Shown in pieces: positions 17,198 to 22,981 of a DNA stretch of 22,981 nt. Where the stretch lies: assembly GCA_046484865.1 (NCBI GenBank), contig JAWOID010000024.1:1-22981 (forward strand), written 5' to 3'. Origin of the DNA: Candidatus Krumholzibacteriia bacterium (GTDB taxonomy: Bacteria > Krumholzibacteriota > Krumholzibacteriia > LZORAL124-64-63). The notes below the pieces were generated by a model. The model did not search any database. It worked only from the letters and a program-made list of their open reading frames with translations, and was not told where the DNA came from. The translations under genes were made by a program, and so were the position numbers. Numbering within the stretch: position 1 is the first letter of the stretch; each line of letters begins with the position of its first letter.

Positions 17198-18694
17198 ATG
17201 GGTGAGCACATTCTGAGCTGGATGACCTTCGTACCGGTCATCGGGGCGGCGGCCATCGCCTTCCTGCCCTCCAGCCGCAAGGATGTCATCAAGACGGTGG
17301 CGGCCTGCGCCGCAGCCATTCCCTTGATCCTCGCGGTGAAGCTCTTCATCGACTTCGACCGCGGCTCGTCGGCCATGCAGTTCGTCGAGCACTACAAGTG
17401 GATCGAGGCCTTCAACATCCAGTACTTCATGGGGGTGGACGGCCTGAGCGTCCCCATGGTGCTGCTGACGGCGCTGCTCTCGTTCATCTGCATCTTCGCC
17501 TCCTGGAACATCGAGAAGGGGGTGAAAGGCTACTTCGCGCTCTTCCTCATCCTCGAGGCGGGCATGATGGGCGTGTTCTGCGCGCTGGACTTCTTCCTGT
17601 TCTACATCTTCTGGGAAGTGATGCTGCTGCCCATGTACTTCCTGATCGGGGTCTGGGGCGGTCCGCGCAAGGAGTACGCGGCGATCAAGTTCTTCCTCTA
17701 CACGCTGGCCGGCTCCATCCTCATGCTGCTGGTGATGATCGCGCTGTACCTGAACACGCGCGACCCGATCACCGGCGGGCACACGTTCAACATGCTGCAC
17801 ATGATGGACCAGAGCAACCACTCCGCCTGGCTGAAGCTCACCCACGTGCGGCACGTGCTGTGGATCGGCCTGTTCATCGGCTTCGCGATCAAGGTGCCCA
17901 TCTTCCCGTTCCACACCTGGCTCCCGGACGCGCACGTGGAGGCGCCCACGGCGGTGTCGGTGATCCTGGCCGGCGTGCTGCTGAAGATGGGAACCTACGG
18001 CATCTTGCGGATCAACTACCCCATGCTGCCCGATGCGGCCACCTGGTTCAGCCTCACGCTGGCCATCCTGGGGGCGATCAACATCCTCTACGGGGCGTTC
18101 TGCGCCATGGCGCAGACGGACATGAAGAAGCTGGTGGCCTACTCCTCGGTGAGCCACATGGGCTACGTGCTGCTGGGCATGGCGGCGTTCACCGAGGCGG
18201 GGATCAACGGCGCGGTGCTGCAGATGTTCAACCACGGCTGCATCACCGCCATGCTGTTCCTCGGCGTGGGCGTGATCTACGACCGCGCGCATCACCGGGA
18301 CATCAACGGCTTCGGCGGCCTGGGGCTGCAGATGCCCGTCTACACCAGCGTGTTCAGCCTGGCGCTGTTCGCCGCGCTGGGCCTGCCGGGCCTCAGCGGG
18401 TTCGTGGGCGAGGCGCTGGTGTTCCTGGGCGTGTTCCCCGTGTACCAGACCATCGCCATCGTGTCGGCCCTGGGCCTGGTGATCGGCGCCGCCTACATCC
18501 TGTGGATGCTGCAGCGCGTGTTCCTCGGCCCGAAGAACGAGAAGTACGACTCGCTCCCGGAGATCAACGGCCGCGAGCTGTTCACCCTGGTGCCCATCGC
18601 CGCCATCGTGATCCTGGTGGGCGTCTACCCCATGCCCGTACTGAACCTGATGCAGGTCTCGCTGAACAACCTCATCAAGGTCGTGGCGGGCTAG
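17198..18694 (+). CDS. nuoM: NADH-quinone oxidoreductase subunit M
   Basis: GAGGAG SD. GVDGLS, FYIFWE.ML.PMYFLIG.WG, AIKVP.FPFHTWLPDAHVEAPT, LLKMG.YG, AYSSVSHMG. Confidence 0.97.
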   Translation: MGEHILSWMTFVPVIGAAAIAFLPSSRKDVIKTVAACAAAIPLILAVKLFIDFDRGSSAMQFVEHYKWIEAFNIQYFMGVDGLSVPMVLLTALLSFICIFASWNIEKGVKGYFALFLILEAGMMGVFCALDFFLFYIFWEVMLLPMYFLIGVWGGPRKEYAAIKFFLYTLAGSILMLLVMIALYLNTRDPITGGHTFNMLHMMDQSNHSAWLKLTHVRHVLWIGLFIGFAIKVPIFPFHTWLPDAHVEAPTAVSVILAGVLLKMGTYGILRINYPMLPDAATWFSLTLAILGAINILYGAFCAMAQTDMKKLVAYSSVSHMGYVLLGMAAFTEAGINGAVLQMFNHGCITAMLFLGVGVIYDRAHHRDINGFGGLGLQMPVYTSVFSLALFAALGLPGLSGFVGEALVFLGVFPVYQTIAIVSALGLVIGAAYILWMLQRVFLGPKNEKYDSLPEINGRELFTLVPIAAIVILVGVYPMPVLNLMQVSLNNLIKVVAG

Positions 18695-18718
18695 CCCGCG
18701 CAGCGGAGGAGCGGTTCC

Positions 18719-20254
18719 TTGCAAGACGTCAACCTGTTCGTCCCCAACTGGTCCGACCTGGCCTACTGGCGGCCCGAGCTGACCCTGCTGGGCGCGTTCC
18801 TCCTGGCGCTCATCGGCGACCTGCTGGTGCGGGGACGGCACCCCGTGGTTCCGTTCCTCATCAGCCTCGCGGGTCTGCTGCTGGCGCTGGCGTTCTCGAT
18901 CTTCGACCTCGGCCGCGCCGAGGCGGTGACCGTGATGGGGCCGCTGGTGGTGGTGGACGGGCTGGCGGGCTTCTTCCGGCTGCTGTTCACCGGCGGCGCG
19001 CTGGCCGTCGTGCTCTACTCCTGGACCAGCGACGAGATCATGGGGCCGCGCCGCGAGGCCAAGGGCGAGTTCTACGCGCTGATCGCTCTGCTCACCGGCG
19101 CGCTGTGCGTGATGGCGGAGGCCCAGGACATTCTGATGCTCTACCTCTCCATGGAGGTGGTGGGGCTGGCCAGCTACGTGATGGCGGGCTACATGCGCAC
19201 GAGCCTGCGCTCGAGCGAGGCGTCGCTGAAGTACGTGATCTACGCCAGCGTCTCCAGCGGCATCATGCTGTACGGGCTGTCGCTGCTGTACGGCCTCACC
19301 GGCGAGACCAACTTCTCGGCCATTCGGCAGGCCCTCGAAGCGTATCCGCCCAACCCCTACACGCTGCTGGTCGTGACCGTGCTGATCCTGGTGGGCATGG
19401 GTTACAAGATCGCCGCGGTGCCGTTCCATCACTGGGCCCCCGACGTGTACGAGGGCGCACCCACGCCGGTGACCGCCATCTTCTCGGTGGGGCCCAAGGC
19501 GGCGGGCTTCGCGCTGATGATCCGCTTCTTCTACACCACCTTCGTGGCCGGTCCCGAGGCGGCGGCGGCGTCGCGCCTGCTGCAGATCGTCGAGTGGCCG
19601 CTGATCATCGCCCTGCTCTCGGTGGTCACCATGACCTACGGCAACCTCGTGGCGCTGCGGCAGGAGAACGTCAAGCGCATGCTCGCGTACTCGAGCATCG
19701 CACACGTCGGGTACCTGCTCATGGGCTTCCTGTTGCTGACGCCCGAAGGGCTGGCGGCCGTCCTCTACTACCTGCTCGTCTACACGCTGATGAACCTGGG
19801 CGCTTTCCTGGTGGTGGTGACCATCAACAACAACCTGCGCAGCGAGAACCTGGCCGACTACGCCGGCCTGGGACACCGCCTGCCGTGGGTGGGCGTCATG
19901 ATGTTCGTGTTCCTGGTGTCGCTGGTGGGGCTGCCGCCCACGGCCGGATTCGTGGGCAAGTTCTACCTCTTCACCGCGGTGCTCGACCGGGAATGGTTCT
20001 GGCTCGCGATCGCGGCCGGCGTGAACAGCGTGATCAGCCTCTTCTACTACATGCGCGTGATGAAGGCGATGTTCTTCACCCTCCCGCCCGTGCCTGCGGC
20101 CGACCGGCCGGCGACCGCGCTGGTGGTGCGTCCCCTGGAGTACGTCGTGCTCACCGGCCTCTGCCTGCCGGTGCTGGGGCTGGGCGTCTACTGGGTGCTC
20201 TTCAAGGACCTGGCCGACCAGGCGGTGCTGCGGTTCACCGCGGGGGTATTCTAG
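18719..20254 (+). CDS. nuoN: NADH-quinone oxidoreductase subunit N
   Basis: TTG start after GGGAGAG. SSEASLKY, KIAAVPFHHWAPDVYEGAPTP, KRMLAYSSIAH.GY, SL.GLPP.AGF.GK, S.FYY.R. Confidence 0.96.
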   Translation: MQDVNLFVPNWSDLAYWRPELTLLGAFLLALIGDLLVRGRHPVVPFLISLAGLLLALAFSIFDLGRAEAVTVMGPLVVVDGLAGFFRLLFTGGALAVVLYSWTSDEIMGPRREAKGEFYALIALLTGALCVMAEAQDILMLYLSMEVVGLASYVMAGYMRTSLRSSEASLKYVIYASVSSGIMLYGLSLLYGLTGETNFSAIRQALEAYPPNPYTLLVVTVLILVGMGYKIAAVPFHHWAPDVYEGAPTPVTAIFSVGPKAAGFALMIRFFYTTFVAGPEAAAASRLLQIVEWPLIIALLSVVTMTYGNLVALRQENVKRMLAYSSIAHVGYLLMGFLLLTPEGLAAVLYYLLVYTLMNLGAFLVVVTINNNLRSENLADYAGLGHRLPWVGVMMFVFLVSLVGLPPTAGFVGKFYLFTAVLDREWFWLAIAAGVNSVISLFYYMRVMKAMFFTLPPVPAADRPATALVVRPLEYVVLTGLCLPVLGLGVYWVLFKDLADQAVLRFTAGVF

Positions 20255-20273
20255 CCCGCATGATTCATGAGCG

Positions 20274-20331
20274 GCGCCCGTCTTGACAGCCTGGGTTCCC
20301 GGGTGATAGGGTATCCAGGCTGAGCGGGCGC
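20274..20331 (+). terminator. Long hairpin 20 nt after nuoN (possible operon terminator) that overlaps a sigma70-like promoter
   Basis: Outer arms GCGCCCG (20274-80) / CGGGCGC (20325-31), inner arms CAGCCTGG (20287-94) / CCAGGCTG (20315-22), extended by GT.CCC / GGG.AT. No U-tract. Confidence 0.5.
20283..20312 (+). promoter_or_regulatory. Putative sigma70 promoter for the downstream secreted-protein gene
   Basis: TTGACA (20283-88), 18 nt, then TAGGGT (20307-12) with an extended -10 TGn. Confidence 0.5.
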
Positions 20332-20499
20332 GCGGAGGGGGACTATGCGGTCGCTTGCTTCATCACCGGGATAGATCTGCCAGGACGCGTCTCCACGCAT
20401 CGCTGTTTTCTCGAGACCTGACGAGCAGCCTTCGACGGTCCCGAACACCCACGATCACGAGAATGGCGCCCGCGCTTCCTCTCACCCCGGAGGCGAGCC

Positions 20500-22981
20500 A
20501 TGTTGCGCCTGCGTGTTCCCTCTCCGCCGGCGCCGACCGCCGGCAACCTCGTCCTGCCGACAGCACTGGGCATCCTCCTGGCGACTGCCCTGTTCCTGCC
20601 TGCCGACCCGGTGCGGGCCGCCTGGGAATACGGCGACTCGGCCTGGATCTTCGAGAGCCAGAACCTCGAGGAACTCGCCGCCGCGCCGGACGGCCGGGGC
20701 GGGATGCTCCTGGCGGCGGTCGATCGCGACCTCCAGCCCGAGCGCATCCTGCTCAGCCGGGTCGACCACACGGGAACCGAGCTGTGGGGACCCAGCGGAA
20801 TGATCCTGCCCTTTCCCCTCGACATGCCCCGGCAGGCGGGGCCACTGGACCTCGCGAGCGCCCCGGACGGGGGCGCCTACTGCGCGTACACCGTGAGCAA
20901 CACCACCGATACCTGCCTCGAGGTGGCCCGCATCTCGGCTGCGGGGCAGTTCCAGTGGTCGTACCGGCTGGACAACCTGGGAACCGCCGCCCTGGTCCTG
21001 TCGCTCGTCCCGACCGAGACCGGCGGTGTCATCGTGGTGTGGGTGCGCCAGCAGCCCTCGCCGGAACTCTACGCCGTGCGCCTGAACGACGCGCACGGCA
21101 TCGACTGGCAGGGGCCGGTGAACGCCAGCTACGGGGGTGGAATCCTGTGCAGGGCCGAACCGGACGGGCACGACGGGGCGCTGGTGGCCTTCGTCCGCGA
21201 CGACACTCCCTACGGCACCATGAGCGTGCAGCGGCTGGCCTCCTCGAACGGCGCCCGGATGTGGGGCTCCGACGGCGTCCTCGTGTGGACCGGGATGGGG
21301 CACGGCATCAGCCTCGTGGGCGACGGCGGCGGCGGGGTCTACGTGGCGACCTCCTGGATGGGCCAGGCCTGGGCGCAGCACGTGGACGGTGCGGGCGCGA
21401 TCACCTGGGCCAGCGGCGGCGTGATGGTCCACGACAGCCACACGCCATACTACAACCTGGACACCGATCCCAAGCTCTGCACTGCCGGCTCGGGCGGGTT
21501 CTACCTGCTGCACGGCCTCTTCGACGAGTTCGTCCAGCGCGTGGCGCCCAACGGCACCGTGCCCTGGGGAGCCGCCGGCGTCCAGGTTCAGAGCAGCGCC
21601 TACCCCGAGGGCCGGCCGCGCATCGACGCCGACGGCCAGGGGGGAGCGGTGATGGTCTTCCCCAACAGCTACGACGCCTCGCCGGGCGTGGCCTGCCGGA
21701 CGGTGTGGGCGAAGCGCATCGACGCTCACGGGACCATCCTCTGGGACCGCTACGTCGCCAGCTGCGAGTACGGCATCCTGCCCGGCGGCTCGGCCCAGAT
21801 CATGGACGCCCCCCGCCGACCCGCCGCCGTGGGCGACGGTTCGGGCGGGGCCATGGTGGCCTGGCTGCTGGAGGACGGGAGCGACTTCGTCGCGGTCCGG
21901 GCGCGTGGACTCGGGGCCGACGGCAACGCGCCGGTTCCGTACCTGTCGCTGCTGGTTCCGGACGCCGGCGAGCCCGGCGAGACGGGACCCTACCTCATCT
22001 CCGGCGACTACCTCGATCTCACCCTCGGCTACCGGCTCGTGAACACCGGCGGTCCCGCCACCATCGCTCTGGCCCCCACCGATCTGCACAGCTACCAGCT
22101 GGTGGGAGGGACGGGCGATCTCACCGGGGCCGAGATCGGTGCCTACCATCTGATCCTGGACCAGGGCGGCACGCCGGCCGACACCCTGCTCTACGCGTTC
22201 GGCGTCGGGCCGCGCCCGCTGTGCGGCGACGACGCGGCCCTGCCCGGGAACCCACGCCAGGTGGGCGCGTTCGGCTCCTGCCGCTGGTCGGCTTATGACC
22301 ACCAGGGCGACTTCCACGCGGTCTGGCCCGAATACGACCCCGCCACCGGCGAGTCGCGCGTGGGGCGCGCGTTCCGCGACCCGGACGGCATCTGGCATAC
22401 CCAGCCCGCGATCGGTTCGTTCGCCGCGCCGTCCTTCGTGCGCGATCCCGCGCTGGCGTTCGGCCCGGGAGACCAGTTCTACCTGGCCTTCGTGATGCAA
22501 GGCAGCATCTCCGACGTGCTGTACCTGACCAGGTACGAGGGGGGCGTCTGGCAGGACACCCGGAGCTGGTCGATGACCGGATCGATCCGCAACCCGGTGC
22601 TGGCGGCAACGGAGGACGGACTGGTCGACGTGTTCTTCGAGCAGGAGGCTGCCGGCGTCACCCGGATCTACCACGTCTGGCTCGACGGCAGTACCCCCGG
22701 CGGGCCCACGCTGCAGGTGGATCTGGGTAGCCCCCGCTTCCCGGACGTGGCCGTCGTGGACGGGAACGATCTCGTGCTGGTGCACGTGCGGGACAGCATC
22801 CTGCCGGGCGTGGAGCAGGTGGAGGTGCACCGCAGGGTGAATGGAGCGTGGCAGCCGTCACGGGCCCTCCAGTTCGGGTCGGCGATCCGGTCACCGAGCG
22901 TGGCGGGGCATACCGGCGATCGCGTGGTCGTGGCGTGGGTGCTGGACAACAGCGTCTGGGGCGGCTCGGCCGGCCTCGTCC
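20500..22981 (+). CDS. Large secreted multi-domain protein (beta-propeller, IPT/TIG-like domain, second propeller); 3' end lies beyond the window
   Basis: Absent from the ORF track because there is no stop in the window. GGAGG SD then ATG20500, open to the end (>827 aa), with strong GC3 bias. Signal peptide ...LGILLATALFLPADPVRA-AW. Eight repeats of (D)G.GG...(W/F) plus R....G...W. Confidence 0.85.
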   Translation, partial: MLRLRVPSPPAPTAGNLVLPTALGILLATALFLPADPVRAAWEYGDSAWIFESQNLEELAAAPDGRGGMLLAAVDRDLQPERILLSRVDHTGTELWGPSGMILPFPLDMPRQAGPLDLASAPDGGAYCAYTVSNTTDTCLEVARISAAGQFQWSYRLDNLGTAALVLSLVPTETGGVIVVWVRQQPSPELYAVRLNDAHGIDWQGPVNASYGGGILCRAEPDGHDGALVAFVRDDTPYGTMSVQRLASSNGARMWGSDGVLVWTGMGHGISLVGDGGGGVYVATSWMGQAWAQHVDGAGAITWASGGVMVHDSHTPYYNLDTDPKLCTAGSGGFYLLHGLFDEFVQRVAPNGTVPWGAAGVQVQSSAYPEGRPRIDADGQGGAVMVFPNSYDASPGVACRTVWAKRIDAHGTILWDRYVASCEYGILPGGSAQIMDAPRRPAAVGDGSGGAMVAWLLEDGSDFVAVRARGLGADGNAPVPYLSLLVPDAGEPGETGPYLISGDYLDLTLGYRLVNTGGPATIALAPTDLHSYQLVGGTGDLTGAEIGAYHLILDQGGTPADTLLYAFGVGPRPLCGDDAALPGNPRQVGAFGSCRWSAYDHQGDFHAVWPEYDPATGESRVGRAFRDPDGIWHTQPAIGSFAAPSFVRDPALAFGPGDQFYLAFVMQGSISDVLYLTRYEGGVWQDTRSWSMTGSIRNPVLAATEDGLVDVFFEQEAAGVTRIYHVWLDGSTPGGPTLQVDLGSPRFPDVAVVDGNDLVLVHVRDSILPGVEQVEVHRRVNGAWQPSRALQFGSAIRSPSVAGHTGDRVVVAWVLDNSVWGGSAGLV

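Noticed and set aside
20355..22298. 647-aa plus-strand ORF in the track
   Set aside because: It is an Arg-rich off-frame reading. The true gene is in the frame of ATG20500, which has an SD, a signal peptide and a repeat structure.

Overview
This is a GC-rich bacterial window with no mobile element, CRISPR array or RNA gene that I can support. From left to right it holds: (i) a secreted M6/immune-inhibitor-A-type zinc metalloprotease with a C-terminal FlgD-Ig/T9SS-like sorting domain, then a DUF1460 (NlpC/P60-fold) amidase-like gene; (ii) a minus-strand block of rlmH, a PEGA-domain protein, an Ig-repeat lipoprotein, a multi-TM/TPR protein behind a perfect sigma54 promoter, a dodecin and a small membrane protein; (iii) an 11-gene complex I operon, nuoABCDHIJKLMN, lacking the NADH-input module nuoEFG and carrying extra segments (His/Asp tandem repeat in NuoL, long NuoI tail, NuoC insertion); (iv) a large secreted beta-propeller protein that starts at 20500, runs off the window and is missing from the ORF track. 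Gene style suggests an FCB-superphylum lineage such as Krumholzibacteriota or Latescibacterota (inference only). The best candidates for something undescribed are the PEGA plus 'NPxDP' lipoprotein cassette and the decorated headless complex I. All family calls come from motif recognition by eye, not database searches.
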